In this document: piece after piece, positions 37,471 through 49,950 of the stretch
How the letters are laid out: each line of letters starts with the position of its first letter
Position numbering within the stretch: the stretch's first letter is position 1
DNA from: Lama glama
Taxonomy: Eukaryota
Direction: 5' to 3'
Assembly: GCA_028534125.1 (NCBI GenBank)
Contig: CM052816.1
Location: forward strand, 13,394,001-13,458,000
Length of the DNA stretch: 64,000 bases
Program-made: the position numbers and the translations under genes
The notes under the pieces: generated by a model
What the model saw: only the letters and a program-made list of their open reading frames with translations
What the model was told of the DNA's origin: nothing
The model's database searches: none

Positions 37471-38930
37471 ATAAGTGGAAGTTTGTTCCTTTTGGCCACC
37501 TTCACTCATTTAATTTATTTTTCTCTATATAAAAATAAATTAATATATATATTTATAAATATGTAATAAATTAACATATTTTATATTTCTGCAATCTGTC
37601 ATTTCTCAGGGCACTACCCACATCTAACCCATCTTTAACATCAGGACATGAGGACAGTCAGTAAATACCTGTTGAATGACTGAGGAATGTTCTGGTTGCA
37701 GAGGACTGCAACTCCTTGCACTAGAGGAAGGAGAAAGGGGCCATGGAAGCCACCTCTCTCGTGCTGCACCCACTATCTTGTTTCTCTGAACACTGGAATG
37801 AGAGTAATTGGACTTCTCCCTGTGGTGGGGAACATGACTGCTCACCATTCTGGGGGTGCAAAATAGATTCTTAACCAGTTCCAGTTAAAAAAAATCCCCA
37901 TGAAAATATTAGGGTGGGCCTGGCTTGCTCACATGCTCCCCGGTTCCTCATTTCCCCACGCTATTAATTGTGTTGCAAAATCTCCATCAGTGAGAAACAA
38001 GGCTTTCCACCAAGTAACTCTAAAATAAGTCAAATTTAATTACTGAAGCACCCATGCTTTTTTAATTATAAGCAGTGGAAACCTTCCTAAGATACAGCAC
38101 ACATATTTTTCTACTTTCAAAATCAGAATATATTGAGCAGAGTTTCCTTTTTGAGGAACTGGATGACAAAGGTCAATTACGGCTTCTGCTGCCATAAAGC
38201 TGTGACCCAAGAAACTGCTGGGTATGATGGATGGCTTGCTCTTTATCCAGACCTCTGTGCTATTACGATTTTTATGTAATTTTTTCCTCCTAAGTTCTCT
38301 GTACCTTGCCTCATCAGTAATTATTCATTTTTGTTCTGTGAATGAACAGGGCAGAGTATTATATTCCAAAACACTGGACGATGGGAAATCTTGGAGTCGA
38401 GGTTATTGTAACTGTATGCAAAGTAAGGCATATCTTGGACAGGGTGACCTTAGAACCTGCTCTCTCCTCAATTCCTGCTGCAAAGTTTTGTAACCCAGTC
38501 CCTCTGGCCACAGGTGACTAAACTGTCAAAGCACCTACAATCAAGGTCTCTGCTCCATAGACGGGCCACCAGTCAATGACAGGGCCCAGCACAAAGCTAG
38601 CCTCGGTGGAGTCGAGTGAGTCGGAGTCTCACTCTCAGGAAATAGGACTGGGAAGCAAAGAACTGGGCAGAAGCAGAGGAAAGCCACGAGGGGAAAGAAG
38701 ATTCAGACCCAGAGAGTGATGGGGAAGAAGCAGCCAGGTGTGACTATCTGGCAGAAGCAGCTGGATGCCCAGAGGGCCACCACACCAAGTAGCTGAAGGC
38801 TGGTGATGTGGAGCAAAAACAGTCCCTCAACTGCATTTGGTCCTGGTCCCCTTCCTGGCTCGACCTCCCTGCAGCTCCAGCTCTTCCCAGCCTTTCCTGG
38901 GTTCCTGGCCTGTGTTTCTGCTCCACACCC

Positions 38931-39430
38931 NNNNNNNNNNNNNNNNNNNNNNNNNNNNNNNNNNNNNNNNNNNNNNNNNNNNNNNNNNNNNNNNNNNNNN
39001 NNNNNNNNNNNNNNNNNNNNNNNNNNNNNNNNNNNNNNNNNNNNNNNNNNNNNNNNNNNNNNNNNNNNNNNNNNNNNNNNNNNNNNNNNNNNNNNNNNNN
39101 NNNNNNNNNNNNNNNNNNNNNNNNNNNNNNNNNNNNNNNNNNNNNNNNNNNNNNNNNNNNNNNNNNNNNNNNNNNNNNNNNNNNNNNNNNNNNNNNNNNN
39201 NNNNNNNNNNNNNNNNNNNNNNNNNNNNNNNNNNNNNNNNNNNNNNNNNNNNNNNNNNNNNNNNNNNNNNNNNNNNNNNNNNNNNNNNNNNNNNNNNNNN
39301 NNNNNNNNNNNNNNNNNNNNNNNNNNNNNNNNNNNNNNNNNNNNNNNNNNNNNNNNNNNNNNNNNNNNNNNNNNNNNNNNNNNNNNNNNNNNNNNNNNNN
39401 NNNNNNNNNNNNNNNNNNNNNNNNNNNNNN
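38931..39430. other. Assembly gap (500 N)
   Basis: Run of exactly 500 n. Confidence 1.
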
Positions 39431-39667
39431 GGTGGATGGAAGCTAAGGGAGGGGAATGATGTCTGATGTGACATGATGACAGCCTTGCCAATTTCATTCT
39501 CCCATTCCGTCCTTGGTGCCGCTATCCTTAAATTCTCGTCTGCAAGTTTCACCTCTTACATCTTCTAAGGCTCTGAGTATAGTGGTGAACAAAATAAACT
39601 GAACAGGGCTTTCCAACTTGCTCAAAACCTAAGATGATTTCTCTCCTCTGTCATTGCTTTAGTCACT

Positions 39668-39850
39668 AAAAACAGATAAACAGCAAGACTCTAATATATC
39701 ACACAGGGAACTACGTTCAATATCTTGTATTAACCTGTAATGAACACAAATATGAAAAAGAATATATATACAACCGAATCACTGTGCTGTACACCAGAAA
39801 CTAACATAACATTGTAAATCAACTACACTTCAACAAAACAAACCAAAACA
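39668..39850 (+). mobile_element. Artiodactyl-type L1 3' end
   Basis: cacagggaactacgttcaatatcttgta...gctgtacaccagaaactaacataacattgtaaatcaactacacttcaac; same family as 37262-37470. Confidence 0.85.
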
Positions 39851-40964
39851 CATCTTTTTAGTGTGTCTAATCACAAACGTATCACTTCTCCTCCTTTTAC
39901 AACAGAAGCTGAAAAGGATTATAATGTTACTAAGTCACTCCTTTTCCATCAGCACGAAGCATGTGATCTGACTGTCCAGAAGGCAGGAGACAGTGAAGAA
40001 CACAGGTGATTTAAGCAGTGTGTCTGAGGTTACCAGAGCAACTGCTAATTATTATGGAGTAACTCTAGCCTACCTCCATAAAGGTCAGGAGTTGAGGTTT
40101 TTCCATTAAATATTCTGCTTTAAAATGGGGCTTTTAAGGGAAACTGGGTAGATGGCAGATGGAGAATGACAGATGAAGATCAGGTGAAAGAACTATATAT
40201 AGCTCAAGAAAACTGAACTACTTAAATTGCACAATGTTGTTTGAGAGGACAGAGAGGAGTTCACGAGCAGCTAGCTGATTTTCTGGTTTCCGAAGTTAGG
40301 GCTTCCCAGTTTAATAAGAAATCTGAAATCAGTCAGACGTAGAGGGCTAACAGCATCCACTCTACTTAGCTCCCTGAGACAAATCTCCTCTGCTGTCCTA
40401 AGAGTTACCATTGACTAAACTGACCTGGAGCCTCGGACAGACCAGCCTGGGGAGGTGGGGTCCTTTGGCCATGGAATGAATGATTCAAATAGCATTCATT
40501 CCATTTAAAACATACCAAAAGCAACACTTTCCTGGTACAGCCCTTGTTCTTCACTCTAATGGCAGGCATCTCATTCAGATTCTTAGCTCTTGAGGATGTA
40601 ACACATTTTAAAGGTTTAAAAAAAGAGAACTCTCACAAAGATGTACTCCACAATTTTAAGAAGATAATAAATAAAAGAATGGCAAATTCCAAAACTGAGT
40701 ACATCTACTTTTAACTGACTTTTTAAAATGGAAAAAAATCCATGCATGCACTTGTGAAAAAAAAATTCCAAAATTCTAAAGGGGTAGTGTTGAAGTCAGT
40801 GTCCCTTCCAGCCAAGGCCACTGTCCCATCTGCCTCCATTCGAGAAAATCACACTGACTGCATTCTCCTGTATCTTTCCAGAAATATTACAAACGCGTTT
40901 ACACGTCTGTCTGTGTATTTACCCCCGGATTCGTGTATGTAAGCAGAATCACACAATGCACGCT

Positions 40965-41137
40965 AATGGTGTTGAGATGTAGCTGCAGATCAAAATCACC
41001 TAGGAAGGTCAAGAAACATATCAAAACTCAGATCCCACCCCAGATCAATGAACTGTGAGGCTCCAGGGAAGGGGCCTAGGTGTTGGAAGTTTTTGTTTTA
41101 GGCTCCCCAGGTGATGCCCATGGGCTGAGAACCACAG
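40965..41137. mobile_element. MER5-family hAT-Charlie MITE nested in an old L1 fragment (~40720-41290)
   Basis: aaaatcacctaggaagg...cccaccccaga...gctccccaggtgat...gggctgagaaccac. Confidence 0.6.
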
Positions 41138-41339
41138 CTGCACGTTACCCCACACCTTGCTCTTTCCCTTAATGCACCTTCCAAGGTTGCTCTACTCCAG
41201 CACGTGTAGGACGACCTCATTCCTCTGCTGCACAGGGTAGCAGTCTACATTACAATTTAGTTGGGCAGCCCTTTACTGATGGCTATCCCTTCTGGTCCCA
41301 CCCTTTGGCTTTTATAAATGGTACCGCACTATACATCTG

Positions 41340-41755
41340 TGCCGACAGCACCCACTCCCCACCCTGCCCTCTTCTCTGGGAGCTCACCTGCATGGATTTC
41401 AGCCACAGGGTTCCCTGTTGGGTTCACCAGTGGGGATGTCTGGCAGGAGATTAGCAGGAGGAAGGAGAAGGCCAACGTAATTACTCCTTTGTCTCCCTTT
41501 CTGATTGGTCATTTCTACCTTAGTCCCTTGACCAAAGGTCCTTGCAAGGTGCTGACCTGATGCAGCTCTCTCTTCTTCTGGGTTTCGGTAACCATATTCT
41601 ACTCATGTCCCGTTGGCCAAAGGATGGTCATTAGTTGGCTCCTACTAGCCCTGGTTTACTACGCTAACTCTTGTGATTCTCCTGCTGTCACCCCTTTTAA
41701 ATGAATTCTCCTTGAATTATTATGCTATTTCATTATACTGATGTTTCCTTAGGAT
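41340..41755. mobile_element. ERVL-type LTR fragment (LTR33/LTR16-like)
   Basis: ccccaccctgccctc...ttccctgttgggttcaccagtgggga...ggcaggagattagcaggaggaaggaga resembles the recalled LTR33. Confidence 0.55.
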
Positions 41756-42629
41756 TCTAGTAGGTTGGCCTTGGATGCGTAACTTTGCCTTTGTTTCTAT
41801 GTGGAAAAAGTTGTCTTGGTTCCCTCTGAAAACACAGCTTCTTCAAAAAGAGCAGCAAGAGGTAAGAAGGTCACCTTAAAGCAGCTAGTTTATCCCTTTT
41901 TCTGAGCATTTTTGACAACAGCCAAGGAACAGCCCCATCACCTCTTCAATTTATAACGAATATTGGAAGGAATAAGGAAGCAATGTCTCAAGGAGACCCT
42001 CGCTGCTTCCTCGAGAAGGAGGCTGAGAGGCACTGGAAGAGAGAGAACCAGATAGAACAAATGCAGTAGACGACTAAGAAGCAGAATTTCAGGATGATGT
42101 TTTCCAGAAACTATTTTTCTTCTTGCGATAATAACAGGCAAATTTACAAAGAGTCATAGGCTGGAAAGGAATTCCTGAGGCTAAATTATGCCCCAGTGAA
42201 AACTCAGGATTGCAATTAGGTTATCGTCTAATTAGTACAGTTCCAATTGGTTCCACCCAACGGAGAAACAATAGGGTAGATGTTTGACAAGGCTCTCGAG
42301 AGTAAATACCTAAACCCACGGACTTTCTGCAAACAGCTTGAAGCCTGACTTGCAAAAGGAGTGCTTCTTTTGATTTCCGTGTATTTTATTATTTGGAGTT
42401 AATTTAGTTTTCGTTGTTCTAATTTCTTTTAAAATTATCATCTCAATGTTTTTCACTCAGTTGCTTTGTGTCACACCAGGATCGAACAAATACACAAAAC
42501 ATTAACACTGAGTGTCTATCTACTGCTACCACTGAAAGGAATCAACACTAGGGGTTTGGTCACTGGTGAGGGGGTGGGTCGCAACTTAAGAGGAAATAAG
42601 ATAAGGTAATAAAAAATAATAATAGCACT

Positions 42630-42800
42630 CAACTTTTATTGACCACTTACTATGAATAAGGCCATTTACTAAGTGTTACACAGGCATATCTCATCTGATC
42701 CTCACAACCTCTTTGAAGGTAGGTGTCATTATTATTATTTCCACTTCTGAGAAGAGGTTTAACTCAGAGAGGGCAAGTAGCTTGCCCAAGTATATGCAGT
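42630..42800 (-). mobile_element. MIR SINE
   Basis: tttattgaccacttactatg...atctcatctgatcctcacaacctctttgaaggtagg. Confidence 0.75.
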
Positions 42801-43725
42801 CAGGGAAGAGCAGCACTAAGGCCTCACCGTCCGGGCCACACGGGCTTTTCCCAGCACCCGATCCCAAAGCTCGCAGATGCTTTGTACGTGATACAACCCA
42901 TTATGTCATGATATGGCCCATTTCAGTCTTCAGATAGCTATTTGCGGCCATACCTCTTTAAACAAACTAAATTGCTCTTCTTTTGAAATAACCATAATAA
43001 CCATAATAACACCATCCATTAGAACAAAGACATTTCCTTCTCAAACGCGGAGTGTTCTAGAATGGTATTTCCTAAATATGGGGAATCCTGTTTTAAGAGG
43101 CTGAAGGGAGGTCCTACAGAAGCATGCTCTGTGGTCACAGACATTTAGGACGTGCTGCCTAAGACACGCCCCCTGGTAGATCCGTAACGGACGTACTGAT
43201 GGCGCAGAAATCGTCCTGCCAAGCATCCGCAGCGCTCGGTCCTGCTCAGCCCCTTCCACCTGTCCCGCATTCTGGCTGCGGCCTGGGGGATGCCGAACTA
43301 GCAGGCACATCTTTCGTGCACGTTCATGTCGAACCACCCCTCTCAGTATCACATACCTGCGATCTCCTTTTCTGTCAATGCAAGGGTCTTGATTTTCTCG
43401 TGGTATACACACGGTAGGTGCTTAATAAAAATATCTGTTGGCTTGATTCATGGATGCACCCACTCTCTCTTGATTTGTGACCAAAAGGCATGCATTTGCA
43501 AAGCAGCTGGCTGGCTCCCTTGTCGAGCTGGAAAGTACAGCACTGGTGAGCTAACTGGGTTCCCCTGAGGGCCTGGAGCAGGGCGCTCTTAAGCTCCACT
43601 AATGTCATCACTGCAGGGACAATCAAAGTGCCAGTGATGACAAAGGCTTGGCCCTAAGTGCTTTACATAGAAATATATCCAGATCTTACTCTTGCGGAAG
43701 TGCATCAGCCTAATGCACTATGACT

Positions 43726-43909
43726 CCGGCTCTCAGACTTGAGTGTGTGTCACAGTGACCTCCGGGGCCTGTTAAAACAGACTGCAGGGCTAATCCTCCA
43801 GAGCTGCTGACCCGGTGAGTCTGGGTGGGGCCTGGGAACGTGCGTACTGAACAAGCTCCCAGGTGATGCCAGTGATGCTGGTCCCAGGCCCACACTCCAG
43901 GAACCCCTG
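43726..43909. mobile_element. MER5A hAT-Charlie MITE
   Basis: tctcagacttgagtgtg...cctgttaaaacagactgcaggg...gtctgggtggggcctgggaa...aacaagctcccaggtgatgcc...gatgctggtcc...cacact. Confidence 0.85.
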
Positions 43910-45859
43910 CACTTAGCTAGGACCCTGCCCGAGAAGACCAGTGTGCAGAGACCAAGGCAGCCTACAGTGGCACGTGGTTTTCTAGAGTCCTGGTGCAGAG
44001 AAGGCATTAACAATGAGACCCTGTGGCTGTTTCCAACTAGAAATGTGTTCCCAGCTAAGGAAGCATCTGCTTTCCAGATTGACTGAAAAAAAAAAAAAAG
44101 GGTTTAAAAAGAAGTACTTTAAGGTGATGTTAATTGACCCAATTTAGGACCTGGATCTACCAATAAGATTCCTCCAAACCATATACATAGGGAGGGAGGC
44201 GAACAATCCCAAATCTAACCCAACGTGAGAAAAACAGCCTTTCTGAGTGCCTTCCAAGTCTGCTTACAGGCATAGCAGCGCTGAAAGCCATGCAAATTCT
44301 CAGGCCTGTTTCCTTCCCTAGAGATACTACCAAACACTGGAGATTTAAAATGCCCAACACCTACTTTCATGTATAAAGTTCAGAATGAAACTCGGTCATT
44401 CCTATGTTGAATCAAATCTCAAGGCTTTCGCATCTACCCTGTGTCATGGCAAACTGGGGGAATTCTTGAGGATTATTTTGCAAGATCAGTTAGTTTCAAG
44501 CAGAAACGACAGTCCCTTTATATGATTTTAGCCTGTCAAGAGGGGAAGAAAGTGATCTGTGCGAAGGAAAACATTGTTCCGTTTGTGATTTCCACTCTGC
44601 CAGAAAACAGGGATGTTGGCCGAGCTCTGGACCGGTGTCCGGTCCCCGCCTCCTCCCATACCCCCTCTGCTGACGGGCTGGAGACAGCCAGGCACCGCGA
44701 CAGCCCTGGTGCTCGGGAAAGCACTTCTGCTGGGTCACCAAGTGTGAGGCCCGCCTGCCTCAAGCAATTTTTCTGTGAAAAAAGGAAGGACCGCTAATAA
44801 CCAGACACATTTATCCAATAAAAATCAAATGGGTCACCAGGCAGGAATCTCCACCCTCAACCAAGTGAAGCCAGCTGGGCTCCTGACTGGCCAGGGAGAT
44901 CTTGGCTGAGGAACGGGAAACACTGACAGGAAGGCTCTCAGAAAACAAGCAGGCGGGTCACATCACTGACCACCTCCGAAAATGTCAAGGGAGCTTGGCC
45001 TGGTACCCGCAGGAGCGGTGGCCGTGGGGGCTCCAGGAGCCTGAGGTCTAAGAGGGATGGTTTTGGGCTCGTCCAAGAAACACCCATGAAGGAGCAGGCT
45101 GGAACCACTGCAGAGTTACGAGGAGGAACAAGAAAAGGAGAATGCTTCCTTGTGCAAACTGCTGTGCTTTCAAGCTGTTTTTCAAGGTTGGGGGACACCC
45201 TAAAGTTTCAGGCACAATGGTCTAAGCAGACCTCTTCTGCTTGGAGGTCAGTGAGAAACAGTGTCCTCAGTCTAACAGGAAAGATCCTCCTCCTGCAGAA
45301 AACGGATTCAACCCAGAGGAAAACTTCCTCTTTCAAATCCCTGCATTCCAAAGAATGACAAATAAAGATCAGTGTAGCAAAACCATAGCTGCCTGTTTGG
45401 GTGTAACTCTGTTGGCAGAAAACAGCACTTAGATGGTCAGATGACTTTAAAAAAAATAGGCCACCAGTTATCCCTTGTCTAATGCATATTGCTCATTCAG
45501 TGATTCATTTGGTCTCAATAAATAAGAGCGAGGCACGCAGCCTATCAGATACCATGGGATGTAGAGGTTTCCAGCTGTTTCAGGAACAGGCCTGCCTACC
45601 CCGGCTGGTCTTGGGACAGTAGGGGACAGCGCCTGCCTCTACAGTAGAAGGTCCTTGTTTTCACTGATAATACAAAGACTGGACTGACAGAGAACTCCAG
45701 GCTACCAAGAGAGGAAGCTGGTTGGGGGGAAGATGAGGAGAACTGGCAGGGCATCTCTCTACACCCGAAAAATACATACCAGGGGGGAGGGAAGAGCAGG
45801 AGAGAAAGGACAGTGTGTGGAAAAGGCCCTCCAAATCATTAATAATAATCGCCATCCAC

Positions 45860-46130
45860 AGTGCTGAACATGCACATGACATAACAAAAGAGGATCTCAT
45901 TTAATCTTCTCAACACCTTTTTGTGGAGGGGTTGATGACCCCGTTTTACAGATGAGAAAACTGAGGTAGGAAGAACTAAACGGCGGGGAGGGTATAGCTC
46001 AGTGTGCCTAGCATGCATGAAGTCCTGGGTTCCATCCCCACTACCTCCATTAAATAAATAAACCTAATTACCCTCCCTCCAATGGCATAAAATTAAAAAA
46101 AAAAAAGAAAAAGAACTGAAGTAACTTGCC
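45860..46130 (-). mobile_element. MIR SINE interrupted by a camelid SINE
   Basis: atctcatttaatcttctcaaca...ccccgttttacagatgagaaaactgagg, then the SINE, then aagtaacttgcc. Confidence 0.75.
45985..46110 (+). mobile_element. Camelid tRNA-derived SINE (Vic-1-like) with a small deletion in the A-box region
   Basis: ggggagggtatagctcagtg-tgcctagcatgcatgaagtcctgggttccatccccactacctccattaaataaataaacctaattacc plus A tail. Probable TSD aagaact(a/g)aa. Confidence 0.9.
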
Positions 46131-46623
46131 TCCCTCCCCTTCCAATCTGTATCTCCTTTACATTAGCTTCTGCCACAGGACTTCTCAACATCTGATATAT
46201 GAGATACCACTTTACCTCCTGCCTTTGCTAGAATATAAAATCAGCGTGAGCAGAAACTCTCATTTTTTTTTTAATCACTCGATATTCACTCCCTCAGAAT
46301 GACACTTGGCCCACAGTAAGTGTTCGAACAATATTTGCTGAGCGACTGTTGACTCAATCAGTAAAACCTAAGTAAAATGTCAGCCGTGTCTCTGCAGGCC
46401 AGCTTTCCCCGGGCTGCATCTGAATCACACTCAGGAGGAGCCAGCAGTGCTTCAGAGAAACAGCTCCGCCTGGACGCAGGCCTTGTTTATCCTCTGAATT
46501 CCAGGGCCTGTTCCCTCGCCTCTCGCTGGCCACTAAAATCGGAGAGGACGGTTGACTCTGGCAGAATTGGAGGGCGTCTGGCATGCACACATCTTCTAGG
46601 TCACCAGAAATAACTTGGACATG

Positions 46624-46641
46624 CGTGTGTGTGTGTGTGTG
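46624..46641. repeat. (TG)n microsatellite
   Basis: cgtgtgtgtgtgtgtgtg seen directly. Confidence 0.8.
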
Positions 46642-47377
46642 AAGCGGAAAGGATGAGAGAAATCAGTTGTATTTACCGGGCTGCTGGGCAGTGAGTTCCT
46701 CCTGAGGGGTGGGGACCACTTGGGCAGGGAGAACTCCAAGGCTGAGTTGGTCCAGGGCTGGCATCACCCTCTGTCCGCCTGGCCTTTTTTCAGCCCAGAC
46801 CAGCCTCTCTGTCCCTACCCCAGCGGTCTGAAAAAAGCATCTTGAGTCCCTAGTGGGACGGCCCCTGACTTCTTCCTCAGCATCTGTTTACTTCCTCCTT
46901 AAGAATCGCTCTCTTCCAGAAAAACGGTGTCACGATGCCAACTCCATTGGTCACTGGGAGAGGAGAGAGTGACTTTCGCTTCTGTGGTCCTTTGGAAGCA
47001 TCCGCTGAACAACCTCTGGTCTTAAGAGACGGGTCAGCCCCACTCCTTCCACCCAGAGACTGGGGGCCTGGGCACGTCCCGGCACCGGCCGGTCGATGTT
47101 GGCACCAGGATTAAAACCGAGGGTTTCCTGCTCTCCGTGCCAGTGTTAGAGCTGTCTTTCTCGTTGCCTCCGCCATCAGCTATGGGTTTTGTTTTGCTTC
47201 TTCACTTCTTAGAATCTCATTTGTGAGTCATTTGCTTTCAAAGAAGATTCTGAAAACTGAAAGGCTCATCTCCTTGCGGCCAGTATGCTACAGGGAGACC
47301 CTTCCATCCTTCCTGCCTTAGCCGGGCACCCCAGTCCCATCCCAGGCTAGTTGCCCCTGACTCCAAGGTCACAGCCT

Positions 47378-47806
47378 TGAATCAGTTATCTAGTGCTGTA
47401 AAAAACTGGCCCAAATTCAGGGGCTTAGAACAACCACAGTGTATTATCTCTCATGAATCTATGGGTGAACTGGACAGCTTTTCTGTTGGTCTCTCTTGGA
47501 CTCACTCATGCGGCTGTACTGACTGGTGGCCGGGCGCTGGGCATGGCCGGCCTTCTCTCTCCAGTAGCCCTTCATCCTAGGGAGGCCAGACGGAGCTTTT
47601 TCACATGGCGCTTGGGTTCCCAGGGGGTGAGTTGGGACGCTCTGAGGCCTTGTGGCCTGGGCTTGGAAGTCACACAAAAGCTGTCACTTGTACCACATTC
47701 TATTGGTCAAATTGGGTTAGAGGGTAAAGGCCAGCCTAGATTCAAGGACTCCACCTTTCAATGGCAGGGGCTGCAAAGATTCTTTGGCCATATTTAATCT
47801 ATCACA
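47378..47806. mobile_element. MLT1-type solo LTR, near complete
   Basis: tg...tcagttatctagtgctgtaa...ggcttagaacaac...ccacattctattggtcaaa...aaggccagcctagattcaagg...tttaatctatcaca. Confidence 0.8.
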
Positions 47807-47944
47807 GGCCTTGGAGATAGAAAACAGTGAAGCACGAGGGTGAGAAGATGGGGACTGAAGAGCATCATGTGTCAATAAGGACCGCATGGATTTGGTGTAC
47901 CCACATCACACTTTTCAAAAGAAGCTGGAAATCTAGATTAAAAA

Positions 47945-49500
47945 AAATATATGAATAGATCTTATTTTTTAGAGCAGGTTTAGGTTTACAGAAAAATTGC
48001 TCAAAATAATTTAGAATTTCCACATTACTCTCCCCATTCCCACAGGTTCCTCTATTACTAACATCTTTCATTAGGATGGTACATTTGCTACAACTGATAA
48101 ACCAATATTGATGCATTATTAATATAACTATGATTATTAACTAAAATCCATAGTTTATATGAGGACTCACTCTTTCTGTTCTATGAGTTTTGACAAATAC
48201 CTAATGTCTTTTTTTTTTTTTAGTATTTTTTTTTGGAGGGGGAGTAATTAAATTTATTTATTAATTTTTTTTTTCCTAATGGAGGTTCTGGGGATCGAAC
48301 TCAGGACCTCCTGCATGCTAAGCATGTGCTCTACCACTTGAGCTATCCCTTCCCCTGACAAATGCATAACATCTTGTACCTATTAGAGTAACATACAGAA
48401 GAGTATCACTGCCCTAAAAATGCCCTGTATCCATCTGTTCATCCTTCCTGTCCACTAATCTTTATATTGGTTTTATAGTCTTGCCTTTTCCAGAATGGCA
48501 TACAGTTGGCATCATACCAGACTGCAGTCTCTTCCTTCAGAGTGGCCTTAGCAGCGTGCATTTCAGGTTCATTCATGTCTTTCCAAGACTGGATAGCCTT
48601 TATCACTGAATTCAATATTTCCCTGTCTGGATGGACCACAGTTCATCCATTCACCTGCTGAAGAACATCTTGGTTGCTTCCAAGTTTTGGCAGTTATGAA
48701 TAAAGCTGCTACAAACATTTGTGGGCAGGATTCTGTGTGGACATACGTTTTCAACTCATTTGGGTAAACACCTAGGAGTGTGACTGCTTGATTGTGCTGT
48801 ATGATAAATCTATGTTTAGCTTTGTAATAAACGGCCAGCTTGTCTTCAGCGTGGCTTTCTCATCTGAATTCCCGGCAGCAATGAATAAGACTTCCTGTTG
48901 CTATCATCCTCACCAGCATTCGATCTCAGTGTTTGGGATTCTAGCCATTCAGATGGATGTGGAATGGTATCTCATTGCCTGAATTTGCAACTCCCTGATG
49001 ACACCGATGTTGGGCATCTTTTCATATGCTTCTTTGCATCTGTGTATCTTCTTTGGTGAGGTGTCTGTCCTGATCTTTTGCCCAGTAGTTAATTGGGTTC
49101 TTTGTTTACTTACTGTTGAATTTTAAGAGATCTTTGCATGATTAGGCTACTGATGTTTTATCACACATGTGTTTTGCAAATATTTTCTCCTGGTCTGTGG
49201 CTTGGTTTTTCATTCGCTTAGTCATGTCTCTCACAGAGCAGAAGTTTTTAACCTAAGTGAAGTCTAACTTACCAATTTTTTCTTTCATGGGTTATGCTTT
49301 TGGTCCTAGATCTAAAGAGTCAAATTCAAGGGCACCTAGGTTGTCTCCTATGTTGTCTTCTAGAAATTCTGTCGTTTTGCATTTTACATTTAGGTCTATG
49401 ATCTATTTTGAGTTAATTTGGGGAAAGCCCTAAGGTCTGTGTCTAGATTCTTTTTTTTTCATGTGGAGGTCCCGTTGTTCCAGCATGCAATCTGGACTTT
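47945..49500 (-). mobile_element. L1MC/L1MB-type fragment (ORF2 end and 3' UTR), interrupted by a SINE
   Basis: ORF 48569-48754 (KTYVHTESCPQMFVAALFITAKTWKQPRC) is the L1 ORF2 C-terminus. The 3' UTR motif ggtacatttgctacaactgataaaccaatattgat is present. Confidence 0.9.
48210..48355 (-). mobile_element. Camelid tRNA-derived SINE (Vic-1-like)
   Basis: Reverse complement reads ggggaagggatagctcaagtggtagagcacatgcttagcatgcaggaggtcctgagttcgatccccagaacctcc. Diverged TSD tgacaaatacctaatgtct / tgacaaatgcataacatct. Confidence 0.9.
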
Positions 49501-49609
49501 GGTGTGAAGTGTCCTGATGTTAAAGGCTGGTTCAATCTTTTTTTTCCTGGTGGTTGTGGTGGGGGAAGAACTAAGCTCTCCTTCCCCAATACCCACGTCC
49601 ATAGGCTGT

Positions 49610-49950
49610 TTGGCAACATCCTGGATCATCTCTGCCTCTCTCATTCCCCTTACCTGAAATGCTCTTCATCCTCCTGTATCATCCTACCCACGGCCCCCCT
49701 CACATCTCATCTGTTCCACCTTTCCCGATTCTCTGACTGCTCTGTGTACCTAACAGATACCCAGTTAACAGCTGTGAACGCCAAACACTGTTTGAGCTCT
49801 AAGTCCCATTTAGTACTGCCATGTACCACTGTCCTTCCTCCGTAGCCAGAGTGTACACTCTTGGGGAGACCAGGAATCCTCTATTTCTCCTTTACCTCAG
49901 GTAGCTCAGCATAGGTCTGAGCACAAATTAAGTCAATTATTTGCTGACAA
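49610..49950 (+). mobile_element. L2 LINE 3' fragment
   Basis: ccagagtgtacactcttggggagaccaggaatcctct...agctcagcataggtctgagcaca...aattatttgctga. Confidence 0.5.

Noticed and set aside
38703..39552. Six long ORFs of 209-264 aa
   Set aside because: Artefacts of translating through the 500-N gap.
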